Positions 8,536 through 17,716 of a stretch of 64,000 nt of DNA are shown here, in pieces. This DNA comes from Oscillospiraceae bacterium (GTDB lineage: Bacteria > Bacillota > Clostridia > Oscillospirales > Oscillospiraceae). Position numbers and translations under genes: made by a program. The DNA is taken from assembly GCA_017447685.1 (NCBI GenBank), contig JAFSMZ010000053.1, forward strand, positions 2,914 through 66,913. Reading direction: 5' to 3'. The notes below the pieces were generated by a model. That model had not been told where the DNA came from and did not search any database. It saw only the letters and a list, made by a program, of their open reading frames with translations. How positions within the stretch are numbered: position 1 is the stretch's first letter; the number at the start of each line of letters is the position of its first letter.

Positions 8536-10971
8536 TCAGCCCATGACGGCGCGGACGGAGACCAGGGAGCCGGCAGGACGGAGCGGGATCAGGCAGCCGG
8601 GCTGCTTCTCCCCATCCACCCAGAGCTCCCGGATGCCGTGCTGCACACCGTCGGGGTTTTCCACCTGGATCTCATACCTGGCGCCCCGATACAGACGGGA
8701 GAGGCTGAAGCCCTGTACGTCCGCGGGGATGCAGGGGTCGATCTCCAGCCCGTCCAGGCTGGGCTTCACGCCGAGGATGGCCTGGGAAATGCTCAGGAAG
8801 GTCCAGGCTGCGGTGCCGGTGAGCCAGCTGTTTTTGCCCTCGCCGAAGCTGGGAGCGTCCCTGCCGGCGATCATCTGGCTGTAGACATAGGGCTCAGTGC
8901 GGTGGATGTCGCTGATGTCCTCGATATAGGCGGGGGCGGTGCGGCGGTAGACCTCAAAGGCCCGGTCGCCGTGGCCAAGCTCCGCCTCGGCGCAGACGAT
9001 CCAGGGATTGTTGTGGCAGAAGATGCCGGCGTTCTCCTTATAGCCGGGGGGATAGCTGGAGATCTCGCCCAGCTCCAGGTGGTAGCGGGTGTAGGCGGGC
9101 TGCAGCAGCACGATGCCATACTTGGTATCCAGCCGCTCCCGCACGCTCTCCAGCGCCCGGGCGGCTTCTCCGGTCTCCTTGCCCACGCCGGCCATGACGC
9201 ACATGCCCTGGGGCTCGATGAAGATCTGGCCCTCCTCGCAGTCCCTGCCGCCCACGACCTGGCCGAAGGCGTCATAGGCACGGCGGAACCAGGCGCCGTC
9301 CCAGCCGGCGGTGAGGAGCGTCTGCTCCATGGCGGCAACGGCCTGCTCCGCCTCCACGGCTTCGGCTTCCAGCCCCAGGTGGCGGCAGATGGAAACCCAG
9401 GCGCGGCCGTATTTCACGAACATACCGCCGATGAACACGCTTTCCGCCACGGGGCCCTCGCTGGGGCCGGTGGTCTGGAAGCTCTCACCCGGCTGGGCGG
9501 AGAAGCAGTTGAGGTTCAGGCAGTCGTTCCAGTCCGCCCGGCCGATGAGGGGCAGACCGTGGGGGCCCAGGTGGGTCAGCGTGTAGCGGAAGCTCCGCCG
9601 CAGGTGCTCCAGCAGAGGCTGGGCCAGGGCGGGGTCGTTGTCAAAGTCCACGCTCTCGTCCAGGATGCTCCAGTCCCCGGTCTCCCGGAGATAGGCGTCG
9701 GTCCCGGCGATGAGCCAGAGGGGATCGTCGTTGAAGCCGCTGCCCACGGCCAGGTTGCCCTTCTTGGTGAGGGGCTGGTACTGGTGATAGGCGCTGCCAT
9801 CGGGAAACTGGGTGGCGGCAATGTCCAGGATCCGCTCCCGGGCACGCTCCGGGATCATGTGCACAAAGCCCAGCAGGTCCTGGCAGGAGTCCCGGAAGCC
9901 CATGCCCCGGCCCATGCCGCTCTCATAATAGCTGGCGGAGCGGCTCATGTTGAAGGTCACCATGCACTGGTACTGATTCCAGATGTTCACCATCCGGTCC
10001 AGCTTCTCCGACCCGGCGGATACCTGGAAGCGGCCCAGAAGCGCGTCCCAATAGTCCTTGAGGGCCGCGAAGGCGGCGTCGAAGGCGCTGGGATCGGCGT
10101 AGCGGGCCATCATGGCGTGGGCGCGGTCCTTGTTGATCACGCCGGGAGCGCTGAATTTCTCAGCCTCCGGGTTTTCCACATAGCCCAGGCCGAAGAGCAG
10201 GGTGACAGACTGACCGGGCTGCAGGCAGAGGTCGAACTGCTGGGCGGCGATGGGCTGCCAGCCGTGGGCAACGCTGCCGGTGCAGCCGCCGCCGAAGACC
10301 GCTTCCGGCTTCGCGGGGCTGCCGTAGACGCCCAGGAAGGCGTCCCGCTGGGTGTCAAAGCCGTCGGGCTCCCGGTTGCACCAGAAGAGAGAATAGTGGT
10401 CCCGCCGCTCCCGGTACTCGGTCTTGTGATAGATGGCCCGGGGCTCCAGCTCCACCTCGCCGGTGGAGTAGTTGCGCTGGAAGTTGGAGCCGTCGTCCAT
10501 GGCGTCCCAGAGGCAGAACTCCACATAGGAGAAGAGGCGGAAGGACTTGACGGCCTCGCCCTCGTTGGAGAGGGAGAGGCGGATCAGCAGGCAGTCATCC
10601 CCCTGGGGGACCAGCAGCTCCTGGCGGGCGGCAAGGCCGTTTTTCGCGCTCTCCAGAACGGTGTAGCCCAGACCGTGGCGGCAGAGGTAGCGGTCCAGCA
10701 GCGTCTGGCAGGGCTGCCAGCCCGGATTCCAGACCGTGTCCCCATCCTTTATATAGAAGCGGAAGCCTTCGGAGTCCAGGGGGGCGTTGTTGTAGCGGTA
10801 GCGGGTGAGACGGCGCAGGCGGGCGTCCCGGTAAAAGGCGTAGCCGCCGGCGGTGTTGGAGCAGAGGGCGAAGAAGGATTCGTTCCCCAGGTAATTGATC
10901 CAGGGCAGGGGCGTCCGGGGCGTGGTGATCACATACTCCCGACGGGGGTCGTCAAAGTAGCCGTATTTCAT
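8536..10971 (-). CDS. GH94 glycoside phosphorylase (cellobiose/cellodextrin/chitobiose phosphorylase family)
   Basis: Start ATG 10971 follows AAAGGAG; 811 aa. N-terminus [29 protein letters not shown] is typical of cellobiose phosphorylase-like enzymes. Confidence 0.85.
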   Translation of the reverse strand: MKYGYFDDPRREYVITTPRTPLPWINYLGNESFFALCSNTAGGYAFYRDARLRRLTRYRYNNAPLDSEGFRFYIKDGDTVWNPGWQPCQTLLDRYLCRHGLGYTVLESAKNGLAARQELLVPQGDDCLLIRLSLSNEGEAVKSFRLFSYVEFCLWDAMDDGSNFQRNYSTGEVELEPRAIYHKTEYRERRDHYSLFWCNREPDGFDTQRDAFLGVYGSPAKPEAVFGGGCTGSVAHGWQPIAAQQFDLCLQPGQSVTLLFGLGYVENPEAEKFSAPGVINKDRAHAMMARYADPSAFDAAFAALKDYWDALLGRFQVSAGSEKLDRMVNIWNQYQCMVTFNMSRSASYYESGMGRGMGFRDSCQDLLGFVHMIPERARERILDIAATQFPDGSAYHQYQPLTKKGNLAVGSGFNDDPLWLIAGTDAYLRETGDWSILDESVDFDNDPALAQPLLEHLRRSFRYTLTHLGPHGLPLIGRADWNDCLNLNCFSAQPGESFQTTGPSEGPVAESVFIGGMFVKYGRAWVSICRHLGLEAEAVEAEQAVAAMEQTLLTAGWDGAWFRRAYDAFGQVVGGRDCEEGQIFIEPQGMCVMAGVGKETGEAARALESVRERLDTKYGIVLLQPAYTRYHLELGEISSYPPGYKENAGIFCHNNPWIVCAEAELGHGDRAFEVYRRTAPAYIEDISDIHRTEPYVYSQMIAGRDAPSFGEGKNSWLTGTAAWTFLSISQAILGVKPSLDGLEIDPCIPADVQGFSLSRLYRGARYEIQVENPDGVQHGIRELWVDGEKQPGCLIPLRPAGSLVSVRAVMG

Positions 10972-11320
10972 AAGGAAGCTCCTTTGGTACCATTGATGAA
11001 TGAGAAAGAGAGCGGAAAATGGTACAAGAATTTTAGACACTATAACGTTTAAGGTACAAGTTCCACTATAGGGTAACGGATTTTTTCGCAAATTGCAAGG
11101 CCTTTTTCAAAAAAATCAAGGAAAATCTTCATATAATTTGAGGGCGAAGGAAAGAAACGGACCCACAATTGGAAAGAATGCACAAAAAGCAGGCGGCGGA
11201 ATTGTGCTAATATACGAAAGTGAGAAAAAGCCCGTATTTTTTCGAAAAGAATACTTGCACTTTTTCGGGAAATGTTGTATTTTCGAAATGCGAAAACGAT
11301 TAAGTAAGGAGCTGACCGAA

Positions 11321-12337
11321 GTGACGTCCCTGAAGGACATTGCAGCTGCATGCGGGGTATCTGTCGCCACGGTGAGCAAGGCGCTGAACGGCGCGCCGGA
11401 TATCGGCGAGGAGACCCGCCAACGGATCCGGGAGAAGGCCGAGGAACTGGGTTACATGACCAACGCCTCGGCAAGAGCGCTGAAGACCAAGCGGACCTAC
11501 AACATCGGGGTGCTGTTTGTGGACCCGATGCACGGAGGTCTGGCCCACGAGTTCTTCTCCACGGTGCTGGACGGGATCCGGGCCGAGGCCGAGCGCAGCG
11601 GCTACGACATCACCTTTATCAACTGCAACATCGGCAGCCAGCCCACCAGCTACCTGCAGCACTGCCTGTACCGGGGCGTGGACGGGGTGGTGATCGCCTC
11701 GGCGGACTTCAAGGACCCCATGGTGCTGGAGCTGGTGAATTCCAGCCTGCCGGTGGTGACCCTGGACCATGTGTTCAACGACCACATCTCGGTGGTGTCC
11801 GACAACATCCGGGGCATGGAGGAGCTGGTGCGCTACGCGGCGTCCAGAGGCCACAGAAAGCTGGCCATCATCCACGGCGAAAAGACCAGCGTGACGCTGA
11901 ACCGACTGGCGGGCTTCCACAGGACCTGCGAGGAGCTGGGGATCCCGGTGCGGGAGGAATGGGTCCGGGAGAGCGCCTACCACGATCCCCGCGGCTGCTA
12001 CCGGGTCACCAAAGAGATCCTGGAAGGGAAGGAAAGACCCAGCTGCATCATCTTCCCGGACGACTATTCCTATGTCGGCGGCTTCAACGCCATCATGGAG
12101 GCCGGACTTCGCGTCCCGGAGGACATCTCCGCCATGGGCTATGACGGCATCCCGCTCTCGCGGATCATGCATCCGGTGCTGACCACCTGGCGGCAGGACA
12201 CCACGGGCCTGGGCAAAACGGCGGCGGAAAAGCTGATCGGCCTGATCGAGCGGCCCAAGACCGCCATCTTCGACCGGATCGTGGTAAAGGGACAACTCCA
12301 GGAGGGCGGCACCGTCGCCCAAATCGAAAACGTGTGA
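11321..12337 (+). CDS. LacI-family transcriptional regulator
   Basis: HTH segment TSLKDIAAACGVSVATVSKALNG followed by a periplasmic-binding-protein-like sugar-binding fold. GTG 11321 lies 9 nt after AAGGAG. The alternative ATG 11288 lacks an RBS. Confidence 0.85.
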   Translation: MTSLKDIAAACGVSVATVSKALNGAPDIGEETRQRIREKAEELGYMTNASARALKTKRTYNIGVLFVDPMHGGLAHEFFSTVLDGIRAEAERSGYDITFINCNIGSQPTSYLQHCLYRGVDGVVIASADFKDPMVLELVNSSLPVVTLDHVFNDHISVVSDNIRGMEELVRYAASRGHRKLAIIHGEKTSVTLNRLAGFHRTCEELGIPVREEWVRESAYHDPRGCYRVTKEILEGKERPSCIIFPDDYSYVGGFNAIMEAGLRVPEDISAMGYDGIPLSRIMHPVLTTWRQDTTGLGKTAAEKLIGLIERPKTAIFDRIVVKGQLQEGGTVAQIENV

Positions 12338-12390
12338 TAAGCGGGGGAACCCGCTATAAAATAGTCACAAAAAATAAGGAGGATCATACA

Positions 12391-13713
12391 ATGAAAAAGA
12401 TCATCGCACTGCTTCTCGCGCTCGTGATGGTTCTGGCCCTCTGCGCCTGCGGTGAGACCAAGCCCGCCGAGAGCAAGACCGAGGAACCCGCTGCCGAAGC
12501 TGCCGCCGAAGGCAAGGTCCTGAACATCTACGCCTGGAACGAGGAGTTCAAGGGCTTCTTCGAGAAGTACTACACCGTTCCCGAAGGCGTGACCGTCAAC
12601 TGGATCATCACCCCCAGCGACAACGGCGCCTACCAGCAGAAGCTGGATGAGGCTCTGCTGAACCAGGCCACCGCCGCCGACGACGAGAAGGTCGACATGT
12701 TCCTGGCCGAGGCCGACTACATCCAGAAGTACGTGGACAGCGACTACACCCAGGACATCACCGCCATGGGCGTGACCGACTTCTCCAACACCTACAAGTA
12801 CACCGTGCAGGCCGCCTCTGACGCCAGCGGTGTGGTGAAGGGCGTTTCCTTCCAGTGCTGCCCCTCCGCGCTGATCTACCGCCGCTCCATCGCCAAGGAC
12901 GTGCTGGGCACCGAGGATCCCGCTGAGGTTCAGGCCCTGCTGGACAGCTGGGACAAGTTCAACGCTGTGGCCGCCGACGCCAAGGCCAAGGGCTACCTGA
13001 TGACCGGCTCCTTCGCCGAGACCTACCGCGTGTTCTCCAACAACTGCACCATGCCTTGGGTCGATGCCGACAACAAGCTGCAGTTTGACCCCCAGATCGA
13101 GGCCTGGATCGACCAGACCGATGAGTTCGTGAAGAACGGCTACACCCTGACCGCCGGCATCTGGGACCAGGAGAAGAACGACCAGATGTTTGCCGACGGC
13201 AAGGTCATGTGCTTCTTCGGACCTGCCTGGTACTTCAACTTCTGCATGGGCAACGCCATGGATCCCGATAAGGGCTGCATCGGCGACTGGGCCATCTGCG
13301 AAGGCCCCGCTGCTCACTTCTGGGGCGGCACCTGGCTGCTGGCTCCTGCCGGTACCGACAACGCCGGGCTCGTTGCGGATATCATGAACACCTTCATCAA
13401 CAACGAGGACGTCTGCTCCAAGCTGGTTTCCGACGAGGCGCAGTTCAGCAACAACATGAAGGTCAACGCCAAGTTTGCTGAGGATCCCAACTACGGCAGC
13501 GAGTTCCTGGGCGGCCAGAACGACGTTGCGGTCTTCTCCGCCATGACCGACAACATCGTGTGGCAGAACCACACCATTTATGACCAGCTGCTGAACGAGG
13601 GTCTGCAGAACAACCTCCGCGAGTACTTCCAGGGCACCGTTGACAAGGAGACCGCTCTGGCCAACTTCTACAAGTACATCAACGAGACCTATCCCACCAT
13701 CGTCACTCCCTGA
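12391..13713 (+). CDS. Carbohydrate ABC transporter substrate-binding lipoprotein
   Basis: ATG 12391 follows AAGGAGGA. Signal peptide plus lipobox LALCAC. 440 aa, family-1 solute-binding protein. Followed by two permease genes. Confidence 0.85.
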   Translation: MKKIIALLLALVMVLALCACGETKPAESKTEEPAAEAAAEGKVLNIYAWNEEFKGFFEKYYTVPEGVTVNWIITPSDNGAYQQKLDEALLNQATAADDEKVDMFLAEADYIQKYVDSDYTQDITAMGVTDFSNTYKYTVQAASDASGVVKGVSFQCCPSALIYRRSIAKDVLGTEDPAEVQALLDSWDKFNAVAADAKAKGYLMTGSFAETYRVFSNNCTMPWVDADNKLQFDPQIEAWIDQTDEFVKNGYTLTAGIWDQEKNDQMFADGKVMCFFGPAWYFNFCMGNAMDPDKGCIGDWAICEGPAAHFWGGTWLLAPAGTDNAGLVADIMNTFINNEDVCSKLVSDEAQFSNNMKVNAKFAEDPNYGSEFLGGQNDVAVFSAMTDNIVWQNHTIYDQLLNEGLQNNLREYFQGTVDKETALANFYKYINETYPTIVTP

Positions 13714-13750
13714 CGCCGGGATATAAGAGAATCGATCTGAACCTTTTGAC

Positions 13751-13777
13751 GGAGGCAAGGCTTTTTGCCTTGCCTCC
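13751..13777 (+). promoter_or_regulatory. Intercistronic stem-loop between the binding-protein and permease genes
   Basis: GGAGGCAAGGC-ttttt-GCCTTGCCTCC with no U-tract. Probably an mRNA-stabilising or partial-termination hairpin. Confidence 0.5.
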
Positions 13778-13869
13778 GTTGATCGCATGAAAGCGGAGGC
13801 GACTCCTTCCGTCATCCGGCTCGCGGGAGATCGCCGCATGCCGCCTCCCCCTCGAAGAGGAAGACGATT

Positions 13870-13901
13870 GGGCGGACGATCAATGGTCGTCCCTACGGGG
13901 G
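13870..13901 (+). repeat. Intergenic repeat family B copy
   Basis: gggcggacgatcaatggtcgtccctacggggg. Confidence 0.6.
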
Positions 13902-14014
13902 AGAGAAACGGTGAGTTGACGCGTAAACGGAGAGAAAGGCAGATCGGGACGCAGGCGAAGGCCTGCGCCGCGATGCGCCTTTCCGTAAATACAAGATACC
14001 CAGGGAGGGAAGCC

Positions 14015-14980
14015 ATGATGGAAAACACAAAAAGATCCCGCAAACGCGGCGTGAGCTATGCCAAGTGGGGCTATATCTTTATTCTGCCCTTCTTCGTGAC
14101 GTACATCATCTTCACGCTGACGCCGCAGATCATGACGATCTACAACAGCTTCTTTGAAAACTACCGCAACGGCCTGACCCAGGTGGGCCCCAATTTCGTG
14201 GGTTTTCAGAACTATGTGAAGCTCTTTACCCCGGACAAAAGCGGAACGGTGGACGTGCTCAAATACTTCGGCAATACCGTCCTGCTCTGGGTCATGGGCG
14301 CGGTGCCCCAGATCCTGGTGGCGCTGCTGCTGGCGGTCTTCTTTACCAGCTACCGGCTGAACCTGAAGGGACAGCAGTTTTTCAAGACCGTGATCTACAT
14401 GCCGAACCTGATCATGGCCTCCGCCTTTTCCATGCTGTTCTTCACCCTGTTCTCCCCGGTGGGACCGGTGAACCAGGTGATGCTGGCCGCCGGCTGGGCC
14501 GACAAGGCCATCGACTTTTTGTCCCTGAAGATCCCGGTGCGGATGCTCATTTCCCTGATGAACTTCCTGATGTGGTTCGGCAACACCACGATCCTGCTGA
14601 TGGCGGGCATCCAGGGCATCGACCAGAACATGTTTGAGGCGGCGGAGATCGACGGGGCCAGTTCCCTGCAGGTCTTCTTCCGGGTAACGCTGCCGCTGCT
14701 GGCTCCCATCCTGGTTTACACGGTGATCACGGCCATGATCGGCGGCCTGCAGATGTTCGACGTGCCCCAGATCCTGACAAACGGCAAGGGCACCCCGGAC
14801 CGGGCCAGCATGACCCTGGTGATGTACCTGAACAACTACCTGCAGACCAGCAAAAACTACGGCATGGCCGGCGCGGTCAGCGTGGTGCTGTTCCTCGTGT
14901 CCTCGGTGCTGAGCCTGTTTGTGTACAACACCCTGTCCAAGCAGTACAGAGAATCGCCCCGGAAACGGGATCGGATCTGA
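14015..14980 (+). CDS. Carbohydrate ABC transporter permease (MalF/UgpA-like)
   Basis: ATG 14015 follows GGGAGGGA. Multi-TM protein with an EAAxxDGA-type loop (FEAAEIDGAS). Confidence 0.85.
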   Translation: MMENTKRSRKRGVSYAKWGYIFILPFFVTYIIFTLTPQIMTIYNSFFENYRNGLTQVGPNFVGFQNYVKLFTPDKSGTVDVLKYFGNTVLLWVMGAVPQILVALLLAVFFTSYRLNLKGQQFFKTVIYMPNLIMASAFSMLFFTLFSPVGPVNQVMLAAGWADKAIDFLSLKIPVRMLISLMNFLMWFGNTTILLMAGIQGIDQNMFEAAEIDGASSLQVFFRVTLPLLAPILVYTVITAMIGGLQMFDVPQILTNGKGTPDRASMTLVMYLNNYLQTSKNYGMAGAVSVVLFLVSSVLSLFVYNTLSKQYRESPRKRDRI

Positions 14981-14992
14981 GGAGGGGAAATC

Positions 14993-15856
14993 ATGGACAA
15001 CAGAGAAAACAGAAAAGGCCGGATCCAACTGATCGTGGCCCGGACGGTGGCCTACATCATCATGATCTTCCTGGCGGTGATGTGTCTGTTCAGCTTTTAC
15101 ATGCTGATCATCAACGCCACCCGCTCCAACGCCCAGCTGCAGGCGGGCTTCACCCTGGCGCCCAGGGACAATTTCTTCGTGAACCTGAAAAACGCATGGA
15201 ACGACGCTTCCATCGACATTCCCAGAGGCATGCTGAACAGCTTCCTCATCGCGGCGGGAAGCGCACTGCTGACCACCTACTTCTCCGCGCTGACGGCCTA
15301 CGGCATCCATGCGTACAACTTCAAGCTGAAAAAGGCGGCCTTCTACTTCATCATGGCCGTGATGATGATCCCGCCCCAGGTGTCGGCGGTGGGCTTTATC
15401 CAGCTGGCGAACAAGTTCCACCTGACCAACAACTACATCCCCCTGATCCTGCCCAGTATCGCGGCGCCGGTGGTGTTCTTCTACATGAAGCAGTATCTGG
15501 AGAGCGTGCTGCCCATGGAGATGGTGGAGGCGGCCAGAATGGACGGCTCCGGAGAGTTCCATACCTTCAACCGGATCGTGCTGCCCATTATGAAGCCGGC
15601 GCTGGCGGTGCAGATGATCTTCTCCTTCGTGAGCTCCTGGAACAACTACTTCATTCCGGCCCTGCTGCTGGACCGGAAGGAGCTGAAGACGGTGCCCATC
15701 ATGATCGCCCAGCTGCGCTCTGCGGACTACTCCAAGTTCGACATGGGCAAGGTGTACATGTTCATCCTGCTGGCCATCCTGCCGGTGCTGGTGGTGTACA
15801 TCATCCTGTCCAAGTCCATCATCAGGGGCGTCACCGCAGGCTCGGTGAAGGGATAA
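14993..15856 (+). CDS. Carbohydrate ABC transporter permease (MalG/UgpE-like)
   Basis: 287 aa, multi-TM, with the loop VEAARMDGSGEF. Confidence 0.85.
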   Translation: MDNRENRKGRIQLIVARTVAYIIMIFLAVMCLFSFYMLIINATRSNAQLQAGFTLAPRDNFFVNLKNAWNDASIDIPRGMLNSFLIAAGSALLTTYFSALTAYGIHAYNFKLKKAAFYFIMAVMMIPPQVSAVGFIQLANKFHLTNNYIPLILPSIAAPVVFFYMKQYLESVLPMEMVEAARMDGSGEFHTFNRIVLPIMKPALAVQMIFSFVSSWNNYFIPALLLDRKELKTVPIMIAQLRSADYSKFDMGKVYMFILLAILPVLVVYIILSKSIIRGVTAGSVKG

Positions 15857-15867
15857 GAACAGAAGGG

Positions 15868-15903
15868 AATGGGGATGTGAACAGATCACATCCCCATTGT
15901 TTT
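15868..15903 (+). terminator. Terminator-like hairpin
   Basis: AATGGGGATGTGA-acaga-TCACATCCCCATT followed by GTTTT. The core GGGATGTGA..TCACATCCC recurs at 49790-49820. Confidence 0.5.
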
Positions 15904-15954
15904 GAGCTTTGCAATTTGAGTTTTGAGGAGAAACGGGGAAAAAGGAGAAGGAAT

Positions 15955-16908
15955 ATGCTGAAAGAAATGGGCTTTTATAAGGGCGTGAATCTGGGAGGCT
16001 GGTTTTCCCAGTGCGATTACAGCCGGGAGCGGCTGGACAATTTCATCACGGAAAAGGACTTCGCACAGATCGCCGCCTGGGGATTTGACCACGTGCGCAT
16101 CCCCATCGACTATAACGTGATCCAGAACCGGGACGGCAGCATGATCGAGGAGGGGCTGGCGCGGATCGACCGGGCCCTGGCCCTCTGCGAGAAGTACGGC
16201 CTCCATACGGTGCTTGACCTGCACAAGACCCAGGGCTTCTCCTTCGACGCGGGGGAGAAGGAGGAGGGCTTCTTCCGGAACAAAGACGATCAGGAAAAGT
16301 TTTACGCCATCTGGGACTGCTTTGCCCGCCGCTGGGGCGAACGGGCGGACCGGGTGATGTTCGAGCTTCTGAACGAGGTGACGGAGAAGGCCTATCTCCC
16401 GGACTGGAAGCGGATCAGCCGGGAGTGCGTGCGGCGCATCCGCCAAAGCGCCCCGGAGGTACTGGTCCTGCTGGGAAGCTACCAGTGGAACAGCGCCCGG
16501 ACCCTGCCGGAGCTGGATCCTCCCTATGACAGCCGCGTGCTGTACAACTTCCACTTCTACGAACCCCATGACTTCACCCATCAGGGAGCCTATTGGGAGG
16601 CGCCCTACCGGGACATCAGCCCCCGCTATACCTACGCGGAGAGCGGAGCGGGGGAGGCGTACTTCGAGGACTTCCTGCGGCCGGCTCTGGAAAAAGCGGA
16701 GAAGGAGGGCACTGAGCTCTACTGCGGGGAGTACGGCGTCATCGACGTGGTGCCGCCTCAGGAGGCGGTGAAGTGGTTCCGGGACCTGCATAAGGTCTTC
16801 CAGCGCCACGGCATCGCCCGGAGCCTCTGGAGCTACAAGGAGATGGATTTCGGATTGCAGGATGCGCGGATGGACGGCGTGCGCGCCGAGCTGCTGGAGC
16901 TTTTATAA
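15955..16908 (+). CDS. GH5-family glycoside hydrolase, no signal peptide (cytoplasmic)
   Basis: ATG 15955 follows AAAAGGAGAAGG; 317 aa. Blocks GVNLGGWF, FDHVRIPIDY, LLNEVTE (acid/base NE) and CGEYGV (nucleophile E). Confidence 0.7.
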   Translation: MLKEMGFYKGVNLGGWFSQCDYSRERLDNFITEKDFAQIAAWGFDHVRIPIDYNVIQNRDGSMIEEGLARIDRALALCEKYGLHTVLDLHKTQGFSFDAGEKEEGFFRNKDDQEKFYAIWDCFARRWGERADRVMFELLNEVTEKAYLPDWKRISRECVRRIRQSAPEVLVLLGSYQWNSARTLPELDPPYDSRVLYNFHFYEPHDFTHQGAYWEAPYRDISPRYTYAESGAGEAYFEDFLRPALEKAEKEGTELYCGEYGVIDVVPPQEAVKWFRDLHKVFQRHGIARSLWSYKEMDFGLQDARMDGVRAELLELL

Positions 16909-16978
16909 CAGCAAAAAGCTTGCCTGACAGCGGCTTCCTGGTTTATACTGGTTTCAAATCCAGAAGGAGGAGAGACGC

Positions 16979-17473
16979 ATGAGAGCAATTTTTGAGCGTG
17001 TGAGCATCCGCAGATATGAGGAAAGACCCGTGGAAGAGGAGAAGCTGGAAGCGCTGCTGCGCGCGGCCATGGCGGCCCCCTCGGCGGGCAACCAGCAGCC
17101 CTGGGAGTTTTACGTGATCCGGGACCGGGAACTGCTGGAGAAGCTTTCCAAGGTCAGCCCCTATGCCGGCTGCACCGCGAAGGCGCCTGTTGCCATCGTC
17201 AGCGCCTACCGGGAAAAGCTCTGGGCGCCGTCCTATGCCCAGATCGACATGAGCATCGCCATGGAGAACCTGTGGCTGAGCTGCGGCGAGCAGGGGCTCG
17301 GCGGCGTGTGGCTGGGCATCGCCCCGGTGGAGGAGAGGATGCGGGCTGTGGAGGAGATCGTGGGCATCCCCGAGGGCCAGCGGGCCTTTGCCATCTTCCC
17401 CCTGGGCTATCCCGCAGAGAGCCGGGCCCAGCAGGACCGCTGGGATCCGGAGCGGGTCCACTGGATCGGGTGA
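16979..17473 (+). CDS. Nitroreductase-family (FMN) protein
   Basis: 164 aa; RRYEERPVEEEKLEALLRAAMAAPSAGNQQPWEFYVI is the nitroreductase N-terminal signature. Confidence 0.8.
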   Translation: MRAIFERVSIRRYEERPVEEEKLEALLRAAMAAPSAGNQQPWEFYVIRDRELLEKLSKVSPYAGCTAKAPVAIVSAYREKLWAPSYAQIDMSIAMENLWLSCGEQGLGGVWLGIAPVEERMRAVEEIVGIPEGQRAFAIFPLGYPAESRAQQDRWDPERVHWIG

Positions 17474-17478
17474 AGGAA

Positions 17479-17499
17479 ATTCGGAATTCGGAGATCGGA
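17479..17499 (+). repeat. Heptamer tandem repeat (ATTCGGA x3), family C
   Basis: attcgga attcgga gatcgga followed by atgg. A second copy at 42055-42075 reads gttcgga attcgga gttcgga atgc. Confidence 0.55.
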
Positions 17500-17513
17500 A
17501 TGGAGGGAAACAC

Positions 17514-17541
17514 GTAGGGAACGATCCCTTGATCGCTCCGC
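17514..17541 (-). repeat. Intergenic repeat family B copy (inverted orientation)
   Basis: The reverse complement GCGGAGCGATCAAGGGATCGTTCCCTAC matches the family B core. Confidence 0.55.
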
Positions 17542-17551
17542 TTCGCGGGGA

Positions 17552-17587
17552 CCTCATCCGCCCCAGTGTGCGCACTGGGGCACCTTC
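17552..17587 (+). repeat. Intergenic palindromic repeat family A copy
   Basis: cctcatccgCCCCAGTGtgcgCACTGGGGcaccttc. Near-identical copies at 28617-28652 and 30876-30903. Confidence 0.8.
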
Positions 17588-17661
17588 CCCGTGCGCGGGG
17601 AAGGCATTGCTGGCGATCATCCCCCTCCCCTAAAAACGAGAAACTAAAACCTAAAAACTGC

Positions 17662-17710
17662 AAAAAGCAACGGGCATCGGGAAGAAATTCCCGATGCCCG
17701 TTGCTTTTTG
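17662..17710. terminator. Bidirectional rho-independent terminator
   Basis: AAAAA-GCAACGGGCATCGGG-loop-CCCGATGCCCGTTGC-TTTTT. Lies between convergent genes and ends the long minus-strand pyr/pur unit. Confidence 0.8.
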
Positions 17711-17716
17711 CTTAAC

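Noticed and set aside
11239-11288. TTTTCGAAAA and TTTCGAAA palindromes considered as the operator of the adjacent LacI regulator.
   Set aside because: LacI-family operators are usually 14-20 bp with a TG..CG..CA architecture. These 8-10 bp AT-rich palindromes do not fit well. They are kept only as part of the TTTCGAAA motif observation.
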